Notes: generated from the letters alone by a model not told the origin. A DNA stretch of 64,000 nucleotides from an uncultured Actinomycetes bacterium (GCA_963831325.1 CAWHQA010000005.1:7493-71492), one strand, 5' to 3'; numbered from the stretch's first letter, positions 10,770 through 20,788 are shown. A program made the numbers and translations.

Positions 10770-12449
10770 CTAGCGCGCCTCGGGGAACCAGACGCGGAAC
10801 GACGCGCCGCCTCCGGACCGGTCCTCGACCCACGCGCGGCCCCCGTGCAGTTCGGCGAACCGGGAGACGAGCGAGAGGCCGATTCCCACCCCCGGGGACT
10901 GCGGGTTGGCGCTCGGTCCGCGTTCGAATGGCCGGAACACGGACTCACGAAGCTCGACGGGCACGCCCGGGCCGTCGTCGTCGATCGCGAGGAGCGTACC
11001 GCCTTCCTCGGCGTGCACCCGGACCCAGACATCGGCGCCGTGAGGAGCGTGCTTCGCGACGTTCGTGAGCAGGTTCTCCACGATCCGCTCGACCAACGAG
11101 ACGTCCACGAGCGCATCGAGCGAAGCACACTCGACGTGCAGTGACCGACCATCGCGTGCGAGGTCTGACTCCTCGACGAGGCGGGTGACGATCGGCCCAA
11201 GGTCGACGCGCTCCAGGTTCGGCTCCACCACGCCGCGCGTGAGCCGTTCCACGTCGAGAAGATCGGTCACGAGGCGAGTGAGCTTACGAGCCCTCTCCGC
11301 CACAGCACCGATCAGCTCCCGGCGTTGCTCCCGCGACAGGCCCAGCTCCTCCTCCTGCTCGAGGGTGATGGCGCTGCCGAGGATCGCGGCCAGCGGCGTG
11401 CGCAAGTCGTGTGAGACCGCGGTCAGGAACGTGTTCTTCATGTCATCGGCCTGCTGGAGGCGCTGGACCGCACGCTGCTCGAGCTCGAGGGCGCGGGCCA
11501 GCTCCCGCTCGTGCCCCTTGCGTTCGGTGATGTCGAGCATCACGCCGAGCCAGAACAAGTGGGTTCCGTCGTCGGCGGTCACGAGCGCTGCCTCGTCTCG
11601 GATCCACCGAACGGTGCCGTCGCGCCCCACCATGCGGTAGTCAGCGGCGAACGGCTCGCCTGTAGCTTCGGACACACGGGACTGCACGACGGCATGTTGG
11701 CGGTCGTCGGGGTGAAGGAGCTGCTCCCACAACCCGGGGTGGTTCATGCGCTCCTCGGCCGTGTAGCCGAACCACTCCTCGTATCGCGGGCTGATGTAGT
11801 GCATGTCGTCGCAGTCGATGTCTTCGATGTAGACGATCGCGGGAAGCTTCGAGACCGTCGCTTCGAACCGAGCCGCCGCCCGCCTCAGCTCCTGTTCGCG
11901 GTCCTTCTGCTGCGTCAGGTCCGTGACGATCCCCTGCCACCATCCGTGTGTCCCGTCACCGGGATCGGCGTAGACCGCCTCGTCGCGGAACCAATGCCAC
12001 GTGCCCTCGGCGTCGCGCATGCGGTACTCCGCTGAGAACGGAAGCCGATCGATGGCCCCCGATCCTTCCGGCGAACGCAGATGCCCCAGGTCGTCGGGGT
12101 GCACGATGCTTGCCCAGAACGAGTCGTCGGCCGTGAAGCGTTCGGGCGCGTACCCGAGCACGTCCTGCACACGCCGGGAGACGTACCAGACCCGGTCGCC
12201 GGGCTCGTCGATCTCGACGTACACGATGCCGGGCATGTGCTCGATCAGGAGCCGGAGATCGTTCTCGCGGTCCCCTCCGGAGATGACCGATGGAGCGTGC
12301 CCGATGGCCACGCCGAGTGAGGTCGCCGAGGCGGCCCGGTCGAGCGATCCGTCATTATCCATAGTTCTCTTCGAGGCATCGGCAGGAACGTTGGTCGGTT
12401 GAACCTCCACTCCCCAGGTATGCGACCCTGACGAGGTGGAATCACTCAC
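10770..12449 (-). CDS. Soluble sensor histidine kinase with two PAS domains (no TM segment, no adjacent response regulator)
   Basis: The 559-aa ORF is intact. It has two PAS-like blocks (PGIVYVE...WHWFRDEAV and PAIVYIE...VRWIRDEAA), the H-box FLTAVSHDLRTPLAAI, and the ATPase boxes ENLLTNVAKHAP, DDGPGVP and GVGIGLSLV. An alternative start is ATG 12362. Confidence 0.85.
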   Translation of the reverse strand: MSDSTSSGSHTWGVEVQPTNVPADASKRTMDNDGSLDRAASATSLGVAIGHAPSVISGGDRENDLRLLIEHMPGIVYVEIDEPGDRVWYVSRRVQDVLGYAPERFTADDSFWASIVHPDDLGHLRSPEGSGAIDRLPFSAEYRMRDAEGTWHWFRDEAVYADPGDGTHGWWQGIVTDLTQQKDREQELRRAAARFEATVSKLPAIVYIEDIDCDDMHYISPRYEEWFGYTAEERMNHPGLWEQLLHPDDRQHAVVQSRVSEATGEPFAADYRMVGRDGTVRWIRDEAALVTADDGTHLFWLGVMLDITERKGHERELARALELEQRAVQRLQQADDMKNTFLTAVSHDLRTPLAAILGSAITLEQEEELGLSREQRRELIGAVAERARKLTRLVTDLLDVERLTRGVVEPNLERVDLGPIVTRLVEESDLARDGRSLHVECASLDALVDVSLVERIVENLLTNVAKHAPHGADVWVRVHAEEGGTLLAIDDDGPGVPVELRESVFRPFERGPSANPQSPGVGIGLSLVSRFAELHGGRAWVEDRSGGGASFRVWFPEAR

Positions 12450-12980
12450 CGGAAGCCTGCTCGTCTCGAACGCGAACCTGTTCGATCCGAACTTCCGGCG
12501 TACCGTCGTGCTGATCGGTCACCACGACGAGCATGGCGCGGTCGGGGTTGTGCTGAATCAGCCGCTCGGCGTCGCCGTGCGTGATGCGGTGCCACCGCTC
12601 GGTCGATCTCGTCGACGCCGAAGAGCCGCTGTTCGACGGCGGACCGGTCGAACCTGAGGCCGTGGTCGTGCTTGCCGACTTCGTCGATCCGGCAAGGGCG
12701 GAGCTGCTGGCGCTCGGCACGATCGGATTCCTGCCGCCCGAGTCGGGTGGTGACATCACGACGTCGATCCGGCGGGCGCGCGTGTTCGCGGGCTACGCCG
12801 GATGGGGCCCCGGTCAGCTCGAAGACGAGCTCGGCGAGGACTCGTGGGTCACCGCGCCGGCGCTACCCGACGACGTCTTCCACGAGGAGCCGGAGCGCCT
12901 GTGGGACGACGTGCTGCGACGGCTCGGGCCGGCGCTACGACATGCTGCGCCCGATGCCGCGCGATCCCTCGATGAACTGC
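12436..12980 (+). pseudogene. YqgE/AlgH family protein (UPF0301), frameshifted; the 3' end is approximate
   Basis: From GTG 12436 the protein reads MESLTGSLLVSNANLFDPNFRRTVVLIGHHDEHGAVGVVLNQPL. It continues in a second frame (ARVFAGYAGWGPGQLEDELGEDSWVTAPA...LWDDVLRRLGP) and a third (RYDMLRPMPRDPSMN). Confidence 0.65.
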
Positions 12981-13065
12981 CGGGTGCGACGGCGGCGCAC
13001 CGGTGGGGTATCGTCCGCGGACGCGAGGGCCCACGCGACGGCCCAGGCGACAGGAGGAGCAGGCG

Positions 13066-14224
13066 ATGGCATCGGAGACGTTCACGTTCTACATCCAGCC
13101 CTGGTATCGGAAGTCCCCGTACTTCGAGGCGACCAAGCGCCATGGATGCAAGAGCTGGGGGCTGTACAACCACATGCTGCTCCCGACGATGTACGACGAC
13201 CCGGTGACCGAGTACAACGCGCTGCTGCACGATGTGACGCTCTGGGACGTGAGCGTCGAGCGCTGCGTCGAGATCCGGGGGCGTGACGCGTTCGAGCTGA
13301 CGAACCTCATCACGTGCCGCGACCTGACCAAGGTGGACGTGATGCAGGCTCGGTACGTGCTGCTCACCACCGCCTGGGGCGGCATCGTGAACGACCCGGT
13401 GCTGCTGCGCCTGGCCGAGGACCGCTTCTGGCTGGCGCTCGCCGATTCCGACGCGTTGCTCTACGTGGCCGGGGTCGCGGCCGGCCGCGGCTTCGACGTG
13501 CACATCGAGGAAGCCGATGTCGCCCCGATGCAGGTGCAGGGGCCGCGTTCGAAAGACGTGATCCGCGATCTGCTCGGGGACGAGGTGGCGGACCTGCGCT
13601 ACTACTGGTGTGCCGAGGGCGAGGTCGATGGCATCCCGGTCGTCGTCTCGCGCACCGGATGGACCGGCGAGGTCGGCTACGAGATCTACGGCCAGGACTC
13701 GTCCCGAGGCGACGAGCTGTTCGAGGCGGTCTACGCGGCGGGCGAGCCGTACGGCATGCGCGTGATCGCGCCGAGTGAGGCGCGACGCATCGAGGCCGGC
13801 ATCTTCAACTACGGCTCGGACATGCGAACGTCGGACACGCCGCTGCACATCAGCGGGCTCGAGAAGTACGTCGAGCTCGACCAGCCGAACGAGTTCATCG
13901 GTCGCGATGCGCTCGCGCGGCTCGCGGAGAGCGGCGTCGAGCGCAAGCTCGTCGGTATCGACATCGGCGGCGAGCCGATGACCGAGGAAGGCGCGCTCAA
14001 CGACTTCTGGCCCGTGCACGAGCGCGCGCGGCGAACGGATCGGCCGCATCACCGCGGGGGCATGGTCGCCACGTCTGGAGCGCAACGTCGGCTACGCCTG
14101 GGTGCCGTCCTCGCACATGACCGAAGGGACGGAGCTCGAGGTCGATTCATCGTCGGGCACGCGCGAAGCGGTCGTTGCGCAACTTCCGTTCGTCGACGCC
14201 GACAAACGGATCCCGGTCTCGTGA
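13066..14224 (+). pseudogene. GcvT-fold aminomethyltransferase, DmdA-like, paralog 2; one frameshift near 14030
   Basis: ATG 13066 follows an AGGAGG RBS (13052-13057). It is roughly 55-60% identical by eye to the 8928 gene (YNHMLLPTMYDD, TLWDVSVERCVEIRG, GGIVNDPVLLRLAEDRFWLALADSDALLY, VVVSRTGWTGEVGYEIY, EAGIFNYGSDM). The true C-terminus, IGRITAGAWSPRLERNVGYAWVP...FVDADKRIPVS, is in the +1 frame and ends at TGA 14222-14224. Confidence 0.75.
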
Positions 14225-15003
14225 GCGGACGCTCCGTCTCGTTCGATCGCGCCGCCGAGTACTACGACGAGACCCGGACCACCGACGCCTCGAGCCTTCT
14301 CGCGATCCTCGATCTGCTGGAGGAAGAGGTCTGCAGCCGGGGTCCGGTGCTGGAGCTCGGGGTCGGGACCGGTCAGCTCGCGCTGCCCCTCGCCGAACGA
14401 GGCGCGCAGGTGATCGGCCTCGATCTGTCGGCCGACATGATGGCTGTGCTCCGTAGCAAGGCCACCCGCGGACCCGGTCTTCCGCTCATGCAGGCTGACG
14501 CGACCAGGGTGCCGGTCCGCGACGCCTCGCTGGGCGGGGCGTACGCGAGATGGGTGCTGCACCTCGTTCCCGAGTGGATGCAGGCGCTCGGTGAGCTCGA
14601 TCGGATCGTCGTGCCCGGGGGCAAGGTCGCGATCGAGCCCGGCGGGTTCTCCGGGCCGTTCCGCGAGATCTACCTGCGGTACAAGCAGATGCTGGGCGAT
14701 GCCGTCGTGGCGGTGGGTCTGTCCGCGGTCGACCGTGATGAACAGCTCGACCAGGGATTCGGCTCGCTCGGCTGGGTCGTGCGTCGAGAGGTGCCCGTGA
14801 CCTACGACCGCACCGTGACGCTCCGCGAGGTCTTCGAAGAGATCCCCAGGAAGCGCTGGTCCTGGACCTGGCGGGTTCCCGACGACGAGCTCGTTTCGAC
14901 CACACGAGCGGTTCTCGCATGGGCCGAGGATTGCTTCGGCGACCTCGACGAGCCGCTCCCGGGTGAGGCCACTCGCTGGCGGGTGTACGCCCGGGCGTCG
15001 TGA
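14221..15003 (+). CDS. Class I SAM-dependent methyltransferase (Methyltransf_11/25-like)
   Basis: GTG 14221 overlaps the upstream stop (GTGA). Sequence includes FDRAAEYYDETR and the SAM motif I VLELGVGTGQLALPLAERGAQVIGLDLS, then ADATRVPVRDASLGGAY. In the ORF track it is hidden inside the fused ORF 13003..15003. Confidence 0.8.
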   Translation: MSGRSVSFDRAAEYYDETRTTDASSLLAILDLLEEEVCSRGPVLELGVGTGQLALPLAERGAQVIGLDLSADMMAVLRSKATRGPGLPLMQADATRVPVRDASLGGAYARWVLHLVPEWMQALGELDRIVVPGGKVAIEPGGFSGPFREIYLRYKQMLGDAVVAVGLSAVDRDEQLDQGFGSLGWVVRREVPVTYDRTVTLREVFEEIPRKRWSWTWRVPDDELVSTTRAVLAWAEDCFGDLDEPLPGEATRWRVYARAS

Positions 15004-15779
15004 CCGATTCGATCGCTTTCGATCGTGCCGCCGAGTACTACGACGCGACCCGCGGGCTCTCCGAGGAGGGGACGCGCCAGACGACCGAGATCCTGATCGA
15101 TGCCTTCGGCGGCGCCGGTCCGGTTCTCGAGGTCGGCGTCGGCACCGGCCAGGTGGCGATGCCGCTTCGCGCCGGAGAGGTCGAAGTAGTGGGGCTGGAT
15201 CTGTCGCGCCCGATGCTTGCGAAGCTGATCGCGAAAGCCGGCGGGGCACCGACGTTCCCGTTGGTCGAGGGTGACGCAACCCGCATGCCGTTCGTCGACG
15301 GCGCGTTCGCCGGCGCCTACCTGCGATGGGTCCTGCACTTGATCCCGGACTGGAGCGCGGCCGTTGCGGAGATCGCTCGCGTGGTCGCGCCCGGCGGCCG
15401 GTTCCTCGCGGCGCTGGGGTCCTACGGCGGGGTGCGCTCGGAGATCCAAGCTCGATTCGCCGAGACCACGGGCGTCACGTTGCAGCCGATCGGCCTGACG
15501 TGGGACGGCTGGGGCGAGCTCGATCGCGAGATCGCGACGCTGGGTGGTGACAAGCTCGATGACGTCACGTTCGTCGACCGCGACCGCAACAGCCTCGAGA
15601 TCTTCGTGCAGGGCATCGAACGGAACATGTACTCATGGACGTGGGCGGTCAGCGACGACGCCGCCCGGGCCTTGGCTGCGGCCGATGCCCGGTCGTGGGC
15701 CGAGGAACGATGGGGGCCGCTCGACCGGCACCCCCCGGAGACGTTCGAGTGGCGGTTCGCGGTCTACCGACTGCCGTGA
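15000..15779 (+). CDS. Class I SAM-dependent methyltransferase, tandem paralog of the 14221 gene
   Basis: The 259-aa ORF is intact and its GTG overlaps the previous TGA. It has the same architecture as its neighbour (FDRAAEYYDATR, VLEVGVGTGQVAMPL, GDATRMPFVDGAFAGAY, C-terminal SWTW motif). Confidence 0.85.
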   Translation: MTDSIAFDRAAEYYDATRGLSEEGTRQTTEILIDAFGGAGPVLEVGVGTGQVAMPLRAGEVEVVGLDLSRPMLAKLIAKAGGAPTFPLVEGDATRMPFVDGAFAGAYLRWVLHLIPDWSAAVAEIARVVAPGGRFLAALGSYGGVRSEIQARFAETTGVTLQPIGLTWDGWGELDREIATLGGDKLDDVTFVDRDRNSLEIFVQGIERNMYSWTWAVSDDAARALAAADARSWAEERWGPLDRHPPETFEWRFAVYRLP

Positions 15780-15792
15780 GTTCCTGGCCCGG

Positions 15793-16185
15793 TCAATCGT
15801 TCACGTAGTCGTCGGGGTGATCCACCACACCCAGCGCGTCGTCGCGGATGTGCATCGCTGTCAGCTCCGGCGCGATCGGGCCTTCGGTGGAGTCGGTGTC
15901 GGCTACGAGATCCTTCTCGCGATCGACCCCGTCGTCGCCACCATCGTCGATGATGTCGACGCTCGTGTTGCGACGTACGCGTTGCGGCTGCTCGCGACGG
16001 GTGCGATCGTCGATCGTGTCACCCTCGCGCTGCTCGCTCGCCGTGGTGTCCTCGTCGACGCCCTCGTAGCGGTCCATGTCGCTGATCATGTCTTCCAACG
16101 CCTCGCCCGCGTCGTCATCGACGTCGGTCGGCGAGGGGCCTTCGCTCGGCGTGAACTGGTTTCCATCGCTTCTGGCGTCGGTCAT
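15793..16185 (-). CDS. Highly acidic DUF5709-like protein
   Basis: The start is taken at MTDARSDGNQ. The composition is extremely Asp/Glu-rich, with a C-terminal ...PELTAMHIRDD motif resembling actinobacterial DUF5709 proteins. The family call is from memory only. Confidence 0.55.
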   Translation of the reverse strand: MTDARSDGNQFTPSEGPSPTDVDDDAGEALEDMISDMDRYEGVDEDTTASEQREGDTIDDRTRREQPQRVRRNTSVDIIDDGGDDGVDREKDLVADTDSTEGPIAPELTAMHIRDDALGVVDHPDDYVND

Positions 16186-16311
16186 GGCCGTCACCGTACC
16201 CGGCTTCCATCGGGTCCACACCTTCGCGGGGATCCTTGAACGCCGGTATCCTTGGGGCTCACCGCCCGGCGCGGAACCACGCGCGCGACGTCACCAGTAG
16301 GAGGTCCGACC

Positions 16312-17238
16312 GTGCCGATCACCGAGGTCGAAAAGATCTGGATGAACGGCGAGCTCGTTCGCTGGCAGGACGCCACCGTGCACGTGCTCAGCCACGCCCT
16401 GCACTACGGCAGCGGCGTCTTCGAGGGCATCCGGGCCTACGAGACCTCGCGAGGTCCCGCCGTCTGGCACCTCGAGGCGCATCTCGATCGCATGTACTCC
16501 TCAGCGGGCATCTACTTCATGGAGATCCCGTACTCCAAAGCCGAGCTCGTCGATGCGATCAAGGAGACGATCCGCGCCAACGAGCTTGAGTCGTGCTACA
16601 TACGACCGATCGCGTTCCGCGGGTACGGCGAGATGGGCGTGAGCCCACTCGCGAACCCCGTCGATGTTTCGATCGCCGTGTGGCCATGGGGCGCCTATCT
16701 CGGCGAGGAAGCGCTCGAGCAAGGCGTGCGGGTGAAGATCAGCTCTTGGAGGCGTCACGACCAGAACTCGCTGCCGTCTGCCGCGAAGGCCACAGGCGGC
16801 TACCTCGGCTCGATCCTCGCCAAGGTCGATGCGATCAAGTCGGGGCACGACGAGGCGGTGCTGCTGAACGCCGAGGGCTCCGTCACCGAGGGCTCGGGCG
16901 AGAACATCTTCGTCGTGAACGGCGGCATGCTGGTGACCCCGCATACCGGCCAGGGATGCCTCGCGGGTGTCACGCGCAGCGCGGTGATGACGATCGCGCG
17001 CGATCTCGGATTCCCGGTGCTCGAGCAGAACCTCGTTCGCACCGACCTCTACACCGCCGACGAGGTGTTCTTCACCGGTACGGCCGCGGAGATCACCCCG
17101 ATCCGCGAGGTCGACGACCGAACCGTGGGGGCCGGGCACCGTGGACCGGTCACGAAGGCCCTGCAGGACGCGTTCTTCGCCGCGACGAAGGGTGACGACC
17201 CGAAGTACGCGGACTGGCTCACCTACGTGAACGACTGA
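16312..17238 (+). CDS. ilvE: Branched-chain amino acid aminotransferase (class IV)
   Basis: GTG 16312 lies 8 nt after AGGAGG. Sequence includes IWMNGELVRWQDATVHVLSHALHYGSGVFEGIRAY, YIRPIAFRGYGEMGV, AAKATGGYL, EGSGENIFVV and FFTGTAAEITPIREVD. Confidence 0.9.
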   Translation: MPITEVEKIWMNGELVRWQDATVHVLSHALHYGSGVFEGIRAYETSRGPAVWHLEAHLDRMYSSAGIYFMEIPYSKAELVDAIKETIRANELESCYIRPIAFRGYGEMGVSPLANPVDVSIAVWPWGAYLGEEALEQGVRVKISSWRRHDQNSLPSAAKATGGYLGSILAKVDAIKSGHDEAVLLNAEGSVTEGSGENIFVVNGGMLVTPHTGQGCLAGVTRSAVMTIARDLGFPVLEQNLVRTDLYTADEVFFTGTAAEITPIREVDDRTVGAGHRGPVTKALQDAFFAATKGDDPKYADWLTYVND

Positions 17239-17259
17239 TCCGGGTCCCCGCTCCTGCAC

Positions 17260-18186
17260 TCAGGGGTCGATCCGCAGCGTGCGCATGACGTCCCATTCCG
17301 CGGTGCCGACCACAGAACCGAGCTCGCGCGCCATGCCGAGCATGAGGGTGGGGACGGATCCGCCCTGACGAACGGGCACCCAGAAGGTGTACGTGACGCC
17401 CGGTCGCAGCGCGATCGCCCCAGTTCCCGGCGCGTCGAGGATCCGGCTCGCCGGGCCGGCGAAGAAGAACGAAACGAGATCGCCGCTCAGTCCACCGATG
17501 GACACATCGTCGGCCACTTCGATCGGTCGTCGGTCGGTGTGGGTGAGCAGCCACGCGAGCTCCCACGGCGGCTGCCAGTCGAGTCGACGCCCGACGACGC
17601 GGTCGCGCACGCGTGGCTCGACACGCGATCGGTAGTCCTGGAGCGAGCGTTCGTACCAGGCACGGTCACCCGCGCGGTCTCGGGGCCGGTTCGACGAGGC
17701 GGCGAAGGGTCGCAGAAAGGTCATGTCGAAGACCGCGATGGTGATCGATGCTCCGGGGGGTCCGGTGGAGATCGCCGCCACGCCGCGACCGGCAGGTCCC
17801 CAGATCGAATCCCCGGAGACCCAACCCTCGGGCAACGTCACCGACACGGCTTCAGACAAACCGGGAAGCCGGTATGTGCCGGGTTCCAGCGCGGTTCTGC
17901 CGGGGGCGAGAGAACCCGATGCCGCTACGCGGGAGACGGTGGAGCCGTCGTCACCGCCTTCGGCCGCAACGATCCAGGCAACGAGGCCGATCGCCCCGAA
18001 GAACGCGAGCGTGCCGACCCGCCGCCGCCGGCTGGGCCGAAGATCGACGACAGCTGGCGATGCGTCTTCGCCGGCGCCCTGTTCGGGCCCGGCGTCGGCC
18101 CGAGTTGTCGTTCGAAACGTGGTCTCAACCCTCCGCAGGAAGCGTCTCACGGGTGCAGGATTCGCGCTCGATGTCGGGCGGATCAT
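17260..18186 (-). CDS. Hypothetical single-pass membrane protein
   Basis: Only the C-terminal 308 codons of ORF 17260..19563 look real. They give MIRPTSS..., a TM segment VGTLAFFGAIGLVAWIVAA, and then an extracytoplasmic domain. The upstream part of that ORF is antisense to pepN. Confidence 0.6.
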   Translation of the reverse strand: MIRPTSSANPAPVRRFLRRVETTFRTTTRADAGPEQGAGEDASPAVVDLRPSRRRRVGTLAFFGAIGLVAWIVAAEGGDDGSTVSRVAASGSLAPGRTALEPGTYRLPGLSEAVSVTLPEGWVSGDSIWGPAGRGVAAISTGPPGASITIAVFDMTFLRPFAASSNRPRDRAGDRAWYERSLQDYRSRVEPRVRDRVVGRRLDWQPPWELAWLLTHTDRRPIEVADDVSIGGLSGDLVSFFFAGPASRILDAPGTGAIALRPGVTYTFWVPVRQGGSVPTLMLGMARELGSVVGTAEWDVMRTLRIDP

Positions 18187-18228
18187 CCCGCCGCCTGAAG
18201 GTCTCGCGGCACGATAGGCTCCCCGACG

Positions 18229-20757
18229 ATGCAGGATCGCTTCCGTCTCCCTCGAGCCGTCGTGCCGGCGCGATACGACCTGGTCCTCGAGCCCGATCTC
18301 GAGGCCGCGACGTTCGCCGGGAGCGTCGAGGTCGGCGTCGAGGTGCACGAGCGCGTCGACGAGATCGTCGTGAACGCCCTCGAGCTCGCGATCGACGAGG
18401 CGACGTTGCGACGCGATGACGGTCGAGCGATCGCCGTGACCGATATCACGCTCGACGAAGAACTCCAGCGCGCCACCCTCACCCTGGCCTCGGCGGCTGA
18501 GCCCGGCCCGTGGACGCTGACGATGTCGTTCCGTGGCACCCTCAACGACCAGTTGCACGGCTTCTATCGATCGACCTACACCGACGATGACGGCACCCAC
18601 ACGATCGCGACGACGCAGTTCGAGGCGGCCGACGCTCGGCGTGCCTTCCCCTGCTGGGACGAACCTGACCTGAAAGCGGTCTTCGGCGTCACGCTCGTCG
18701 TGCCCGATGGTGTCGTGGCACTGTCGAACGGACCGGAGATCGAGCGTGAACCTGCCGACGGCGGCCGCTCCCGGGTGCGGTTCGCCGACACCATGTCGAT
18801 GTCGACCTACCTCGTCGCGTTCGTGGTCGGTCGTCTCGAGATCACGGAGCCGATCGACGTCGACGGTGTTCCCCTGCGTCTCGTGCACCTTCCCGGAAAG
18901 GGACACCTCGCGCGGTTCGCGCTCGAGGCAGGGGAGTTCTCGTTGCGGTTCTTCACCGACTACTACGACATCCCGTATCCCGATCGCAAGGTCGACTTCG
19001 TCGCGATCCCCGACTTCGCGCAGGGGGCGATGGAGAACACCGGCCTCATCACCTACCGAGAATCCCTGCTGCTCGCCGATCCGGAGCACGCGACGCAGCC
19101 CGAGCTGGAAAACATCGCCGACGTGGTCGCTCATGAGCTGGCGCACCAATGGTTCGGCAACCTGGTGACGATGCGTTGGTGGAACGGCATCTGGCTGAAC
19201 GAAGCGTTCGCCACCTTCATGGCGCTCGTCACCGTCGACGCGTGGCGCCCCGATTGGGAGCGTTGGACCTCGTTCGGCCGCTACAACACCTCGGCGAAGG
19301 AGGTCGACGCGCTGCGCTCCACCCGAGCGGTCGAATACCCCGTGCATTCCCCCGATGATGCATCGGGCATGTTCGACGTGCTGACTTATCAGAAGGGCGC
19401 GGCGATCCTGCGCATGCTCGAGCAGTACCTCGGCGCCGAGCGGTTCCGCGAGGGCATCCGGCTGTATCTGGCCCGCCATGCCTACGGCAACACCGAGACC
19501 CACGACCTCTGGCACTCGATCGAGGAATCGAGCGGGGAGCCGGTCCGCCGCATCATGGACCAATGGATCTGGCAGGGCGGGTATCCGCTGCTGACCGCCT
19601 CACCGTCGGATGAGGGCGTCTCGATCGGGCAACGTCGCTTCGTTGCCGACGGTGGCGGCGATCACGCGGTGTGGGACGTGCCGCTGCGTGTGCGAACGCT
19701 CGACGGCGACGAGACATCGGTGCTCGTGCCGGCCGACGGCACGGTGGCGCCGGCGCCCGTCGACGCCGCCGTCGTCGTGAATGCGGGGGGAAGTAGCTTC
19801 GTGCGGGTCCGCTACGAGGGAGGGTTGCTCGAACGGCTCACCGACCAGCTCGCGCAGCTGACGCATCTCGAGCGGTACGGCCTCGTCGACGATCATTGGG
19901 CAGCGGTGACCTCGGGCGCCGCGCCGGCTTCGGAGTTCGTGGCGGCCGCGTCGCGCTATGGCGACGACGACGACCTCGCCGTCTGGCAGTCGCTGATGCA
20001 GGGTTTCGGCTGGTGCGATCGCTTCCTCGAAGGCGAGCACCGCGAGCGACTGCGCGCCTACGTGCGTCGTCTCGTCACGCCGGCCATGGACCGCCTGGGC
20101 TGGGAAGCCGACGCCGACGAGCCCGACCGCACGAGTGCGCTCCGAGGTGCCTTGCTCCAAGGTCTCGGAGTGCTCGGCGCCGATCCGAACGCCGAGGCCG
20201 CCGCCCGAGAGTTCGAGGCCGAGGCCCGAGCGGGCAAGCCGGTCGACGCGTCGCTCGCCGCAGCTTCGGTGAACGTGGTCGCCTTCAACGGCGACGCCAC
20301 CGACTACGAACACTTCTGGGCGGCATATCATGACTCGCCCACTCCCCAGGAGCAGTACCGATACCTGTTCGCGCTGCCGCTGTTCCGAGACCCGGCGTTG
20401 CTCGACCGCACGCTCGAGGCCACGTTCGGCGACGACATCCGCAGCCAGGACGCCCCGTTCGTGTTCGCATATGCGGTGACCAATCGCGACCTCGGGGACC
20501 GCGCGTGGGCGACCCTGCGCGAGCGGTGGGACGATACCCAGGAGAAGTTCCCGTCGCAGCTCACGATCCGCCTCGCCGACGGAGCTCGTTACCTCACGCG
20601 CCCCGAGCAGGTCGCCGAAGCCCAGGAGTTCTTCGCGGAGCACCCGATCCCGCAGTCCGCGAAGATGCTGGAGCAGATGCTGGAACGCCAGCGGATCGCG
20701 GCGGCGCTACGAGAGCGGGCTACCCCCGACCTTGAGGCGTATTTCTCCTTCGACTGA
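18229..20757 (+). CDS. pepN: Aminopeptidase N (M1 family)
   Basis: The 842-aa ORF is intact. It has the GAMEN motif (FAQGAMENTGLITYRE) and the zinc site HELAHQWFGNLVTMRWWNGIWLNEAFA. Confidence 0.92.
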   Translation: MQDRFRLPRAVVPARYDLVLEPDLEAATFAGSVEVGVEVHERVDEIVVNALELAIDEATLRRDDGRAIAVTDITLDEELQRATLTLASAAEPGPWTLTMSFRGTLNDQLHGFYRSTYTDDDGTHTIATTQFEAADARRAFPCWDEPDLKAVFGVTLVVPDGVVALSNGPEIEREPADGGRSRVRFADTMSMSTYLVAFVVGRLEITEPIDVDGVPLRLVHLPGKGHLARFALEAGEFSLRFFTDYYDIPYPDRKVDFVAIPDFAQGAMENTGLITYRESLLLADPEHATQPELENIADVVAHELAHQWFGNLVTMRWWNGIWLNEAFATFMALVTVDAWRPDWERWTSFGRYNTSAKEVDALRSTRAVEYPVHSPDDASGMFDVLTYQKGAAILRMLEQYLGAERFREGIRLYLARHAYGNTETHDLWHSIEESSGEPVRRIMDQWIWQGGYPLLTASPSDEGVSIGQRRFVADGGGDHAVWDVPLRVRTLDGDETSVLVPADGTVAPAPVDAAVVVNAGGSSFVRVRYEGGLLERLTDQLAQLTHLERYGLVDDHWAAVTSGAAPASEFVAAASRYGDDDDLAVWQSLMQGFGWCDRFLEGEHRERLRAYVRRLVTPAMDRLGWEADADEPDRTSALRGALLQGLGVLGADPNAEAAAREFEAEARAGKPVDASLAAASVNVVAFNGDATDYEHFWAAYHDSPTPQEQYRYLFALPLFRDPALLDRTLEATFGDDIRSQDAPFVFAYAVTNRDLGDRAWATLRERWDDTQEKFPSQLTIRLADGARYLTRPEQVAEAQEFFAEHPIPQSAKMLEQMLERQRIAAALRERATPDLEAYFSFD

Positions 20758-20788
20758 GGATTCGGCGCCGCGAGACGAGCGCTGAAGC

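Noticed and set aside
13003-15003. A 666-aa ORF that looks like an aminomethyltransferase-methyltransferase fusion protein
   Set aside because: The apparent fusion is created by a frameshift near 14030. The true C-terminus of the DmdA-like protein is in the +1 frame and ends at TGA 14222-14224, overlapping a GTG start for a separate methyltransferase.
17260-19563. A 767-aa minus-strand ORF overlapping pepN
   Set aside because: The part above 18186 is antisense to the well-supported aminopeptidase N gene and is compositionally junk. The real gene is 17260-18186.
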